A stretch of DNA of 43,362 bases from Macrostomum lignano (taxonomy: Eukaryota): NCBI GenBank assembly GCA_002269645.1, contig NIVC01004522.1, positions 1 through 43,362 on the forward strand, read 5' to 3'. The notes beneath the pieces were generated by a model. That model searched no databases, had not been told where the DNA came from, and saw only the letters and a list, made by a program, of their open reading frames with translations. A program made the position numbers and the translations under genes. Positions 12,333 through 34,292 of the stretch are shown one piece after another. Position 1 is the stretch's first letter. Every line of letters begins with the position of its first letter.

Positions 12333-15300
12333 ATGCAGGCACTCGAAGGCTCGAAGACTGCACAGCGGCTGCCCCTTCAACAAGAGGCTGCAGCAGCTGT
12401 GGTGGCCGCCCAGCCGCCCGGCACCCCCGAGGCAGCAGCTCTGCAAGCTGAGAGACCTTCACCGGTAACAGGCTCAATTCAGAGCTTCGAAACTTTAACG
12501 CCGGAATCGATTCGAAATGTAAAGCCTGGAGATGTCATCAAAGCGTCAGGACGTTCTGAAGAAATCGTTGTTAAAGTTGAAGTCAAAGACGGATTCTTTA
12601 CATTTTCGACAATTTATCCCAAACTATGCAGAGTTTTCGGCCAAATTGAGAGACGAGTAATCAAAGACATATTAATAGTTAAAATTATAAATTCTAAAAG
12701 ATCAAAGCAGCTGAAACCCAGTTGCCAACTTCGACACTTTCCAAAATCGGGCTGCCATGCTCTTGACGAAGTTGTCTGGAGAGCTCGAAGTCTCTTGAAC
12801 GAGAAACGCCTTACTAATAAGTCAGGTTTCATACTTTGGTGCAAGACCAAAGACCAATCTCACAGGAAAAATTGTACCGTGCCAATTTATCTGCCTGGGA
12901 ATTTCGAAATCCACCAAGTGAAAGTTGGCGATCATTTGAGTCTTAAGCACGACTCTGGTTCAATTCATGCAGTCGTACGAAGTAGCCAAGAGATGTGCGA
13001 GGACATTTATTTACTATCGTTGAGTGTTTCCACGCAGGACTTGATGAAGGATCGAATTGCCTTTGTAAACATTTCTACGCGAAAATTTCTACAATCGAAA
13101 GAATCGAATGAGCGCGTTCCAGTTGTAATATCGGTATCAAAGTGCGTGGAGACTAAGGAATTTCTCCACAGGATCGAATTGATGCGCGGCCTCGCGTATC
13201 CGAGGCGCATTTCGACTCTGCAGTTTTGCCTTCTTCTCACCGACTCGAGTCGCCACGGGCAGGACTGGAGGCAGCAAGTCGCACAGGTGTCGAATCAGAG
13301 TAGACCGATTCGACCATTGACCCGAAAAATTGAAGCGAAAAATCTTCAACGAGGCGACATCATTTTTGTTGACGATGCCTACAGAGTAGTCTGCAGTGTA
13401 GATAGCGACAAGGATGAAGTCAGCGTTAAATTAGTCAACTACGTTGAAGTCGACCACGAAGATTGCAAGACTTGCACGCTAAAGTATCTGATAAAAAAGG
13501 AAGAGACGGAAACAACTCTGTGTGTGCATAATGACAACACCGCTGATTGCCCTTTGGACTTAGAAGAATCATCGCCGGTAAATCTCGCAGCCATCTGCTC
13601 AGAGGAACCGGTAACCCTCCAGTTGCTTCAAAAGCTACAGAAAGGTGACGTCATTTGCCTGTGGTACACTGGCAAATGGCACAGGGTTATCGTGAAAAAT
13701 ACATTGTCACCGCTATTCATTACGGATCGAAATCGTGGCTTGACGGTAAAGCAGTGATCAGAGAAGACTTTGTTTTTACGAGTAAATATGACAGACCGGG
13801 AACTAAGCAGGTGCATCCGAAGTGCTTTCTCTGCCACTTCTCGGATCTCTGGTGCCACGAGCCCGATGTTGTGGTTGACAGAGCTCGAAGCCGCCTCAAC
13901 GAGCAGGAATACTCTCTGATTGCTAACTGTGGCACTCGGTTTGTCATGTGGTGTAAGACCAAGTCCATCAGCCACAGAGCTGACAACTCGGTGCCCATAT
14001 TTCTAGATGGCTTTCACACTCACGAAATTAAAGAAGGTGATCATCTTGAATTTAGCTGTGGTCTAAAAAACAGACTTCACGGAGAAGTGACCAAAGTAAC
14101 TAAACTGAATAATGGGCGAAAACTTTTTCTCGAATTGCAAGTAATCAAGCCCCATGAATTGCATTACGTGCACACAAGCGAACTAGTGCTCAAAAGGGAT
14201 GAGGCAGTGACTCGAGTCATTCAGTATCAGTCTCGTGTCATCAGTGAAGCTGAATTGACGCGACGCATTGAGTTCATAGAAAATCTGGCCTTCAACCACA
14301 GTGAAAGTTCATTCAAAATTTGTCACCTTGTGATGAACAACGATAGAAGATTTGATGATTGGAAAGACAGCATTTGGGATGCATTGACTCAAAATGCAGT
14401 GCAAAGCAATCGGCCCGAATTGGTTGAGAGTGTTACTCCCAATCATGACCATGATGGCCTTAGAGTTGGCGACATCATACACGTGAATGGTGTCTACCGG
14501 GTTGTTGCGGGCGTCAGTGCCGGCAGCGGTCAGTCATCCGGACAAGTCAGCATTAAAACGCTCCACTATGGCTCTCAAAAACAAAATTTGTGTGTGTCAA
14601 AATTAAAGTACATCATTGATTCTGAAGAGAAGGACGCCAAGCTGTGCGTACACTATGATCCCAGCTTAAACTGCCAATTGTATGGCGGTGGTAGCCAGGC
14701 ACCAGCACATATGGCTGAAGAAGTACATGATATGCAAAGCATTTCAGCTGGCTCGGTCATTTCTTGGAGAGACAATCGGCATTCTCTGTACCAGCACGCT
14801 GTGGTGGTCAGAAACCCGGTGCTACCGGATGCGAACAATCCCCACTGCGCTAAAATCGATGTCATTTTTTACAGAGGTTCGTGGAGAGGTCAGATTGAGA
14901 GGCAAACTTTATCAGTAGACTTGAAGAAGCAGAAAATTTACACGATTAAGTACAACGTACTGGAAGGCTGCGTTCTCACCCCAGAAGAGGTGATTAAAAG
15001 AGCCAACAGCCGACTGAAAGAGAAGCAGCACAACTTCCAGTGGAACAGCAGTCGCGACTTTGCTCGCTGGTGCAGCATCAAGCATAGCAGCAACAGGGAG
15101 CAGTGCGCAGTTCCCGTACACTCGGCGAAAGACCTTCTTAAGTTCGAGAGAGGCCACATAAAGTTCTACAAGTCGCCTTGCTTTTACAAGCACGAAGCAA
15201 TTATGCGCAGCTGCTCTGCAGTAGATGGCTGCAGCGATATTGTTCGGGTCGAGTTGTACGAAAACAATCACGATCAGAAACAGGTGCGATTTGAAAAGCT

Positions 15301-16447
15301 CGTCATTGGCCCGGGTGAGAGCTCGATTCGACGCGTCAACTACTACGGCTTTGAAGAAGCCACTGGTTTTGCTATTCTGCAGGAGCTGACGGACTGCACG
15401 TTTTTGAATGCCGACGACGACAGGAAGGGATGGACTGCGAAGGCCAAGAAGTTTGGCAGCAAGGTTTGCAGTCGGGACTTTTGCTTCTGGCTGAGAAATA
15501 ATCATGATGCCGATCGGATGTGCGGCATTCAAAGCCTGTTCGGTACTGACCTGGCCGAAATTCAGGACAAAATGAAGAAACTTATTAGAGAAAAATCACT
15601 AAAGGTTTCGGAAAGTAATCAAAAAGTTGAACTCGAAGACAGAGTTGATAGACGCAGTCTCAGGCAATACGATCACATTATTCTGAATCGGATGGTCAAC
15701 GGAGTAGTTTCTGAGGCTGATTTCATTTTAACCGAGTGGGATGCTGCCACTTGTTCCGGCGTTGGGGTCACGTACGCATTGCCGCAGGATCCAAAAGACA
15801 TGGGAGTCGTCAAGTTTCAAGGATTTCTTCGAGTTGAAGACAATCAGATCGAGAAGGTCGTGCACAACTCCGATTTAGACTGGAATCAGATCGACGCCAA
15901 ATTCAATCAACTGTGTGGCAGTAGGAGTTACAGTTTACTGTTTAACAACTGCGAACACTTTGTCAACTATTTAATTTATGGCCGGGTGAGCAGTACTCAG
16001 CTGAATAATCTAGCCTGGCGTTTTAGCCACTTTTTACCCAACGCGGTGCAAAGCATTGCTACTGCTGCAGTTCGAATCCTACGATTAGTCTACACCTTGA
16101 TGGAGACGGGAAGTTTGAACACAGCTGCTTCACTTCCCTTAGTGCTGATTGAGGGCGGCTCGGTGCTTTTAATTGCCCTTTTGGGTATTGCATCATATCT
16201 GCTTTTGCAGCATCGCAAAGCGAACTTCAATATGCCTCAGCAGGAGTTCCTCGGCAGAAGACGTGACATCTTGTGCCGCACTTTGGTTCCAATATTTAGC
16301 GTAATCATTGTTGGAGCCGTCATTCACACTGCCCCGGTCAGTGCCCCCATTATTGGCAGCGCGGCTGGAGTCGGAGCACTGGCTGTTGGTCTTGCTTACT
16401 TCCTGCCAAGCATGCGCGCCATAATGATGGCGCGAATGAAACCGTAG
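12333..16447 (+). CDS. Multi-LRAT-domain membrane protein B (about 1371 aa if fused): nine modules, one -1 frameshift near 13695-13702
   Basis: ORF 12333-13757 encodes three modules plus the start of a fourth (LQKGDVICLWYTGKWHRVIVK). ORF 13655-16447 continues that module (IVTAIHYG...VVDRARSRLNE) through YSLLFNNCEHFVNYLIYG (Cys 15950-15952) and the TM helices. ATG directly follows CAATTTCAG. It may be an intact gene with an assembly indel or a real frameshifted allele. Confidence 0.75.
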
Positions 16448-16589
16448 CAGATTCACTGCAACCTTTTATTGAATAATTTTTTAATTACGAATAATTATTA
16501 GATATGTGTACCAACAGTCATGGACAACTGAAGCAAACCTTGAGCAGGCCGGATTGCTATTATGAAATTTCAAAGCACTCGAGGGTTAG

Positions 16590-16631
16590 GGAGCCTCATG
16601 TGGCCCGCAGGCCGAAGTTTTCTGATCCCTG
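16590..16631. mobile_element. Terminal remnant resembling hAT/Charlie-type non-autonomous elements
   Basis: TGGCCCGCAGGCCGAAGTTTTCTGATCCCTG resembles the common hAT MITE end TGGCCCGCGGGCCG.AGTTTG...CCCTG. The partner end was not found. Confidence 0.35.
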
Positions 16632-17587
16632 ATTTAAGCTATTAAGTTTTTTAAACATAAAAAACTGGAGTACAAGCTCAGACGATACACTCAGCTTTCC
16701 TAGAAATTTTGCGCTAGATGCCGGTTAAACCAACGTATACATATACTTGCCGCATTGCTAATGCCTAATTAATATGCTCTAATATGTGACCTAATTTTTC
16801 AATTTACGACCCTATTCAGCCTTCTCTAAAGCATACTAAATTCACTACGGCAGACATACGTTCTTTGGCCTCCAGGTCATTTCGAGTGTATATAGCGTCC
16901 TTCTGCTTCAGTTGTCCATTCGTCTAGAAACGTTCTATAGACAAAGAATTATTTCAATTTCATATCCTCTTTAAACGGTACTGCAGCCAAATGCATGCGT
17001 ATTATTCAGAAAAAAAATTCCTGTGTTTTTAAAAAATGAAGTACGAGTAATAAATATTACATGAATATTGGTGATGGCTAATTAAAATCGTGTAGTAATT
17101 TTTGTTTTAATAGAAACTTAATCTGACTAAATTAATAAGTGAATATTATGCAGTTTTTTTTCAAATGGTTATCTTTTTTTCAACGCTGTTAAATTCATAG
17201 AAAAAAGTTTGACTTTTTGTTTAAACACGCTCGTAGTACTGCTGGACTTCATCCGTTTTGTTTTTACACGTGAAAGCAGCGATTTTCTGAGTGTAAGCAA
17301 CTCTTGCTCAAACGGACAGCGGATACAAAAGTAATCATTTCTATTTTTAACATATTAAAATTCTTAAATTTCTTATCTAATGCCCTACCTATATGTACTT
17401 CATGCGGAAAATGTGTTATCAAAGCCGCCAGATGTACAGAGATTTCGCATCAAGCTTCAGGCGTGTTTTTATATGTCAGAGCTATTTATAACATGTCAGA
17501 GATACGAGCGTTTATATTTATTAGCTATCTTGCTTGCTTTTTGTAATGCACAGTGCACAGGATTTTCTGGCGAGGCGCTTGACCGCT

Positions 17588-20500
17588 ATGGTAAGTTCTT
17601 TCGCTTGTTACATGTAACTAAAAATCGACAATGTTATACACACAATACCACGAATATCTTTTCTACTTTTAGGAACAAACTCAGAACCAGGGAATTTTCG
17701 TTTCCGCTGTAGCCGAAAACACGACTGAAAGTGATGCTGTTGAAGCTGACGAACTCGCTACCGCTTGTGATGCGCCCTGCGAATCAACCGAGTCACAAGC
17801 CGATACGGCACCACGGGTGTATTGCTACGAGGAGAGGCTCACGTGCGAATCAATCAAGAATGTTGCCATTGGCGACGTACTAGAAATCCGATACTTTGAA
17901 CTGCCGCACAAAATTATCGTGGAGAACACGAGCATCGTTGACACTGAGCAGGAGTTGATCATCACCATCGATGCCATTCACTACGGAAGAGACTGGCTTT
18001 CTGTCCAGGTAATGAGAGAAAAATTTCAATTCATTGCTCGAAAAGACTCATTGGATCCCGGTGGGGCGCTGAGCAGGAAATGCTGGAAGTGTCACTTCCC
18101 ACCAACCTGGTGCCACCCACCCGATGTGGTAGTGCAAAGAGCTCGAAGTCGGCTGAACGAACGAGAGCACTCGGTCATTGACAACAGGGCGTCTCATTTT
18201 GCATTTTGGTGCAAGACCCAGTCGGTTAGCAATCGTGCGAACAATATTGTACCGATCTTTGTAGCCGCTAATCAGCACATTCACGAAGTGAAAGTTGGCG
18301 ACCATTTGAATTTTGCGACAGACGGTGAAATTGAATTACACGGAGAAGTTAGAGATGCTGTCAAGGCGAGTGAGTCGCAGGTTTTGTTAACTATGCTAGT
18401 GTCGAGTAGACACGTGAACAGAGAAATAATCAACTCTGCGCACATTTGTGAAACTAGAATTCAAAAACCAGTCCAAGTTGTAAAATCAGCTGCAATTGGT
18501 CTGACTAGTGAAGATTTACAATGGCGAATCAGAATGATACAGGATATTTCCTACAAGCGTTTGGTTGGAAAACTTGCCTTCTGTCTACACCTGACCAATC
18601 CTAACTTAAGCAGGGAAGACTGGCTTTGTCGAGCTATCCAGGTTCCAAACGTCACGAAAGAAACTGCGCAACCACTCTGTAAGACCATTCGCCCAGAGCT
18701 GTTGAATCCAGGCGACATCATACTGCATGACGGCATATACTCAGTGGTGTCTGCAGTCAGATGCGATGGCTCAGGTGCTCTGATAACTAAAATTCAGTAC
18801 TCTGCCCGTCGAGTAAACAAAAATGCTCATAACTGCCTGTTTGAAATAAAAATTGCTATCGAAAAATACGAAAGACAGGCTGTGCTTTGCGTTCACAAAG
18901 ACATTTTCCGAGATTGTCATCTGTACGGTGGAGGACTTGAAACACCCAGCTACACTGTAACCAAGGTGACGAGTGTGAATGAAATTTACAAAGGGTGCGT
19001 CATTAGCACCAGAGACGGCTTAGTCTTCAAACACTTGGTTGTCACCGATTGTCCCAAAATAATTAGTACACCGGCAATGAAAAACCAAGTGATGTTTAGC
19101 GCGATTTCCTACAATGTAGGACCTTCTATGTTGCTCGGAAAAAATTCCGTCGCCGAGAGCAGCTACACAATAAATTTAAGAACAACGCCAGTTTACGTTA
19201 TGAAGTACTGTGTCTCGAACGAGGTTCTCTACTCAACTGAGGAGGTGGTTCTTAGGGCTCGCTCGCGTCTGGGAGAGAGACAGCACAACTTCCAGTGGAA
19301 CAGCGGCCGAGACTTAGCTCGATGGTGCAGCATCAAGCACCAGAGTAATTTGGAACAGGGCATCGTTCCTGTTACCTCGGCAGACGATCTGCATCGTTTC
19401 CAAAGAGGACACATCAAATTCTTGAAGAAGCCGAAGTCTCTCTACGCGCACAATGTTCTTCTCAAAGAGTGCAGTAAAGTTGAAGACTGCGACGATGTGC
19501 TGAGAGTGATATACTATGAAAATAACGTCGTTTTCAAGCATGTCCGCATTGAGAAGCTGGACATTGGAGAAGATGAGCACCTCCAAAGAGTTCGGTACGC
19601 AAGCTGTCGAGAATGGAACCAAGCAGAACTAGAAAATCTGATTGATCATACGTTTCTAAATGCGGATGACGATCGGCTGGGCTACCTAGGAATGCAAGGC
19701 AGCAGAGTGACTAGCCAAGATTTCTGCTTCTGGATAAAAACTCGCTTCTCAAAGGATGGCATCAAGGCAGTCAAAAACTTACTCGGCGAGGAGTTGGGGC
19801 TGTTAAGGAACGAACTGAAAGTCAAGAGGAAGGACACGGAAACCATCGTAGGTGGACGAAGCCTAAAACCGTTGGATCACATCGTTCTTAGGCGCACTGT
19901 AGCTGGTAAGGAAGCAGAAGTTCACTTCGTCATCACGAGCTGGGATGCAAATTTATCTACCGGCTATGGAGTAACTTACGAATTTCCCGTAAAGAAGACC
20001 GAAATGGGATTCTACGAGTTTAAAGGCTTTCTCAGATTAACTGGCCCAGGTCAGATCGAGAAAGTGGTGCACAACTCAGAATTCAATTGGGATCTAATTC
20101 AAGAAAAGATTCGAGATCTGCGCGGAGGCGAAGATTACAGCATTCCGTTCAACAATTGCGAGCACTTTGTCAACTACTTGATTTATGGCAGAGTTGTCTG
20201 TCTGCAGCTAGTTAGGCACTCGAGGAGGCTGTTTGGCTTTGTACCGAGTTTTCTACACCATTTAGCTGCCGATGGCATTAACTTCCTGAAGTTTGCAATG
20301 CACCACGCGTCTGGCTTAAGAAAAGTCGGCGTTAAAATTCCAATTTTTGAGAGCGTTGGCCTAGTTCTTAACCTTGTAATCGCCGGCTGTCGATTTCTGC
20401 AACTAATCAGGCGTCGGGCTCGAACAGCCATGCCACACGAAGAGTTTTCGATGCGAAGACGTTATATTTTCGTGGACGCGATTTCGTCAACATTCGGGGT

Positions 20501-20627
20501 TTTATTGGCTCTTGTTTTGATCGCAGTGCAGGCTACTGTATTTACACCGCTCACTCTGTGTTCCGCACTCATCGGGTACGCGTTGTTGAAGCTGATTCCC
20601 TTGGTAAAATCAATTTTTGTGCCTTGA
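17588..20627 (+). CDS. Multi-LRAT-domain membrane protein C (985 aa): join(17588..17590,17673..20627)
   Basis: ATG|GTAAGT donor at 17591 and CTACTTTTAG acceptor at 17672 (82-nt phase-0 intron). Exon 2 is open from 17673 (EQTQNQG...). Same six-module layout as A: EVHF (His 19923-19925), FNNCEHFVNYLIYG (Cys 20157-20159), hydrophobic C-terminus. Confidence 0.85.
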
Positions 20628-21350
20628 AAAGCTTCTAAAAAACCTTACGCAGACTATTTTTTCTGAAATTAGCAAGCCCGTAGTCAGTATGTCTGTGACG
20701 TCACGGTATCTGGATTATTAATTGTTCGATTTTTTTTCATTCTATATGATCCGTGCCATTGTTTTTATTCCAGAACATGTAATATAGTAATACCGTAGTT
20801 TATTTGGTTGTACATGAATTTTACACCACTCTTGTTTAGAAATTTTATCACTGCCTGTAGTTTTTAATATTGTGGCTGGTGCACGGCTGAGAGCGAGGCC
20901 CTCATGTACACAGGCCCCTGCATGCATGCCTGGCTGCTGGGGGGGGGTTGCAGTTCGATCTGACTCACACCTCCCTATTCTTGTTAGGTATAAATGACTA
21001 TGAATAACAAGTATATGCAAAATCTTTTTGCTCGCTTGCTACTTTTCAACTAGCCACCATGCTCGCAACAAGCCGCTTTAATATTCTAGAATTTCGTGCG
21101 CCTGTACGATGTAATATAAATTGCCAATGGGGAAATCCCTAATTCCCTGGGAAACCTCTCATTATCGGTGGCTAGTAGTTAATTATAAAGTTTTATATAA
21201 GTTAGTACATGTACATCTTTAATTGCACTTAGTTTCTTGTCTAAAACACTTCTTTTTATTATTTTTTTTAAATCCGAAATTATTTTTTATGACGGTAAAA
21301 AATTGTTACACATTCAAATATATTTCATAAGAATGTTATGAAGAATCAAT

Positions 21351-21456
21351 TTAACTCTCGAACGAAATTTTGGGGTCCAATGGACCCGACGATTACTTTC
21401 TCCATGTTTCTTATGGAGAGTTTTCTATTATCGTGGCGCAACCTTTCGCGGGTTAA
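21351..21456. mobile_element. Possible piggyBac-like miniature element (TTAA-flanked, imperfect TIRs)
   Basis: TTAACTCTCGAACG ... CTTTCGCGGGTTAA (11/14 inverted match) with internal GGGTCCAATGGACCC. Confidence 0.3.
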
Positions 21457-21970
21457 TAACTTTGACCCACAAATGTTGTCAGTAGTTTTTAAACTGTTGT
21501 TTAGATAACTAAAATACGTGTAGCTAATTATAATTTTGACCAAAAACCAAAAGACTTGGTTACTAGTAGACAGATTTTTTGTTTGTATAGTAGTTGAACG
21601 AGTTATAACCAATATTGCGGGTGTAATTTTAACCTTTATTTTTTCATAGAAACAGTATAATTGCTCTTTCGTCCACACGGTTAACTAGTTTAGTGGATCT
21701 TAACTTTTTATCCACAATAAAAAATATCAAACCTGTGCTGTATAGATATTAAGATATATACAGTCTGTAATCTCAAACTTTTGCATTAAGCACTAGTTTA
21801 ATTTTTTTGCAAAACTAATAATATCAGATTTCAAGAAATTTAAACAACTACTAGGCCTTTGAATTTGAAGCTAAGCCTAAAGGAAATAAACATTTAATAT
21901 TAATTAAGAGTTCTGTATTGCATACAATTTACAATCTTTAAATAGTCACATTTTAGTATTGTTTCCAAGA

Positions 21971-29217
<7,247 letters not shown>

Positions 29218-29364
29218 ACTTGACAACTGGATTGTGCAAAACGCAGAATAACTTTGAAGGGCGATCGGCAATATTAGCAATCCATAATTACCTGGCAGGC
29301 CGTTTCTTAGAATATGCCCTAATATAGGGGTTTAAAATTCTATTTCAATGAATTAATGCTCTCG

Positions 29365-29775
29365 CAAGAATTACCCCTAGATATTTCTAAGAATCACCCG
29401 TAGATATTTATATGAATTGCCCTAGATGTTTCTAAGAATTGTCCCTAAATATTTCTAAGAATTACCCCTAGATATTTATATGAATTACCCTTAGATATTT
29501 CTGAGAATCACCCCCAGATATTTATTAGAACTGCCCTAGATATTTCTAAGAATTGCCTTATATGTTTCTAAGAATTGTCCCTACATATTTCTAAGAATTA
29601 TCCCTAGATATTTATATGAATTACCCTTAGATATTTCTGAGAATCACCCCCAGATATTTGTTAGAATTGCCCTAGATATTTCTAAGAATTGCGCCTACAT
29701 ATTTCTAAGAATTGCCCCTACATATTTATATTACTTGTCAATTCATATTTTTAAGATTGTCCCTAGATATTTATA
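29365..29775. repeat. Degenerate ~21-22-bp minisatellite (AATTGCCCTAGATATTTCTAAG) just 3' of the Rab2 stop
   Basis: Directly visible. Confidence 0.9.
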
Positions 29776-30676
29776 AGAGGGGCCTGTAAATTAAAAAAAA
29801 TATTTTTCTTCAACGTTTTGGGGAATTTAAAATCATAAGAATTAAACAAAAAACTATGTTGAGTTTGAATCTGATACAAATTATCTGTAATACCCGCTTT
29901 AAATAATTGCATTGCAAAATTCGGATGTCAGATTAAAATTATTTTGTTTGTTTCAACGTGCCCAAATTTGTCTTGTGTTGTGCTTTAAATGGTTTTCTTT
30001 GTTTTAATTATGCATGACTTATACTCTGAGCAGCCCATTTTATTGATGACTTTCTGCTGTTGATGGGCAGTGAACTTATTTTAGAAAATCCCAAATTGCT
30101 TTATTATTTTATTCAACTGTGTTGTGTTTCAATTAATTGCTTTACCTTGAGTAGTTTGTCACCACCGTTACCTTTTAGTCTGCTGATGTTGTTTTCCTCT
30201 TTTTTATTTCAGCTTTCTGAACTGATTTTATTAATACAGTTTCTAACTTTGTTATATTTGTTATTATTGATTTTATTTTTGACTCGTATTAAAACAAAAT
30301 TCCATAGAAACTTAGCGATATAATTATTAGCCAAGTTCCGTTTTCCGTTTTACTTTGCACAAATGAAAAAAAATTGTCACACAAGCGTTGGTAAGACTGT
30401 CTGAGCTGGTGAATAAATATTCGTTATTGATGATCAAATATTTGCCACAATTATATTCTGGTCCCAAAACCCTCAGCAGGGATTTTGCTTACAAAAACAT
30501 GAGAACAATGTTTTATTCTCAACTTGTATTGTGCTTATTATATTCCAATAATATATATTATCTAGTTGATGTTGTTTGAAATCAGTTTTAAACATCAGGT
30601 TTTACACAGTCTCTGTTTATTTCATTTTATGATCAGTCAAATTTGGTGTTAAAAAAGCAATGTACAATTTTTGAAC

Positions 30677-32408
<1,732 letters not shown>

Positions 32409-32767
32409 AAAACAGTGACAAGTGGGAATGAACTACAAAAGTACAGCTGAACTTTCGCAGAAACTTTTCTTTATTGCCCATTTCCGCTAGCATTTCGTAA
32501 ATAGATAGCTCGATTGATACACTTGTGATTGCATCTAGAACTTGCCTCATTTTAAAGTCAAAGTTCGGAAGTTCAGATGGTGATTTAAATGAGATTTTTG
32601 TTTTGGTAAAAAGCTTGAGAATTTTCTATCACGCACTGAAATTCCGTCACCTTGAGCTTCATTAGTAAAGTGCAATGTCACCAGAGTAAACAGACTAGCA
32701 CGAACTTATATCGTGTGCTAAGTATCATCAGTCGCTTTCTTTAAGCCCTTATAATAGTAATTTCAGG

Positions 32768-34292
32768 CTACATCACGTGACAGGGACAGCAGGCAAGATG
32801 CTGTCTGCTGGCAGCATTCTTCAAGTACATCGACGCCTTGGCAGCTCGGCCTTTCACTGAGTAATGAACTTCGCGGTCCTTGGCCAGCTCTTCCGAGGTC
32901 AGCATCGTGGGCACCTGTTCGTAGTATTCCTTAGTTGGCTGTCGGGTCTCTACGAATTGTTTTAATGCTTGCGTCATGAGATCCTGAGTGAAGCGATTGT
33001 TAAATTCCAGGCACAGGTACTTCAGGTAGGAGTCTCGGATTCTTGACTCCGTCTGGCAGCAGTACACCAGGTAGTTAATGTAGGGACCGTATCCGTAATT
33101 GTAGGTTTTGTCCACTTTTCGGTAGAAATCGATAACTGATGCTTCGTCCTGCGGCGACAGCTCGCAGAGGCACAACAGGCAGGTCAGGGACACCGCGGCT
33201 CGTTGTAGGAACCCCGCTGAGACGCCGCTAATGCAGTGCTCTCGCTGGGCCATGGTCGGGTGCGGCCATTTGCCCTCCTCGTCGCCCAGGAGATTGAAGC
33301 TACCTCTGCCCAGCACGGGCACGGCGAATGCGTCTCCGTAGGGCGAGCTGACCTCCAGCAGGCAGCAGTAGACTGTTTCTGCTTCAATGTAGGCGTCTCT
33401 CAGGTAGTTGACTCGAATGCCGAGTGGTTGAATCACCGGATTTCTAGTGATGAAGTTCCCGTGAAGCTCTATGCTCGAGTCTGAAGGCTGCGACGGCTGT
33501 TTAAGAGCTGACGTGCTCTTGCTGCCGTTTTTCTGCTTCTTCAGCTTGCTCGGCGGGTACTCCTGCGTAAGTGGGTGATTTGTATGAATGTTACCTGTAG
33601 AGAGTCAGCCACATTAACGTTAAATGGAGTCGAACCCCGGAACCCGAGAATCGTACGTGCTACCTCTTCGCTACCCATTGCACAAGCATTAAACTTAACT
33701 TGCTATGGTGTTGAAATGGAAAGTTGTATCCTCCAAAACTTTCGTACCTAATGAAAGCAATAAAAGGCATATTCTATTGGTTTTTTCTAGCCTTTATTTA
33801 TTTTCTAGCCTTACTGCACCTCAAAACTGTTTAAGATATTCAACGTTCATTTCGAGCTTCAAAGCGGTAACAAAACAGGCCAATTTGAATTCCTACCTGC
33901 AGGTCAAGCTGCACTCGACTCTTAGAAAGCAGCCGAATGCCGAGCTGGGCCAGCGCATCAGCCTGAGTTTCCGGATTCTCCAGCTGGTTCAGCACCGAGC
34001 TCAGCAACACGGACTCCCGCTGTTGATCTTCTCCATTCTGCTTCATCATAGAGAATTTGTTGCCAAATCTTGGCCTGATGAGGAAGTCCAGACTGTCTCC
34101 TGATGCCGCAGATTCCCCAGCAGATGCTGAGGCTGGTTGGTACGATTTGCCTTCCTGTTTCGGCATTGCTTGCAGACAGGAATTGTCTTCCCCAGAGCAA
34201 TGCTCAGACGCTGGGTATAAGCTGGAGGTCTTGAGACTACTTCTTTTTGATTTAGAAACAATTCTGTTACACCAACTTTTTTGTCTCGGCAT
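32768..34292 (-). CDS. Uncharacterised protein, about 396 aa; probable join complement(33897..34292, 32768..33562)
   Basis: Two GC-rich open frames on the minus strand. Donor CAG|GTAGGA at 33896 (phase 0) and acceptor CTTACGCAG|GAG at 33563 (phase 0). First ATG at 34292 (MPRQKSW). Ser-rich N-terminal part, globular-looking C-terminal part. Start and splice sites are uncertain. Confidence 0.55.

Noticed and set aside
13611-13684. A 74-nt GT-AG intron that would restore the frame of paralog B
   Set aside because: It would delete the conserved GDVI start of the module, and both splice sites are weak.
13692-13760. Programmed -1 ribosomal frameshift in paralog B
   Set aside because: G_AAA_AAT is not a canonical X_XXY_YYZ site, no obvious downstream stimulator is seen, and the module is also shortened, which favours a deletion or error.
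14912-15532. 206-aa antisense ORF and other antisense ORFs over the LRAT genes
   Set aside because: Shadow ORFs of the sense coding sequence with no motifs.
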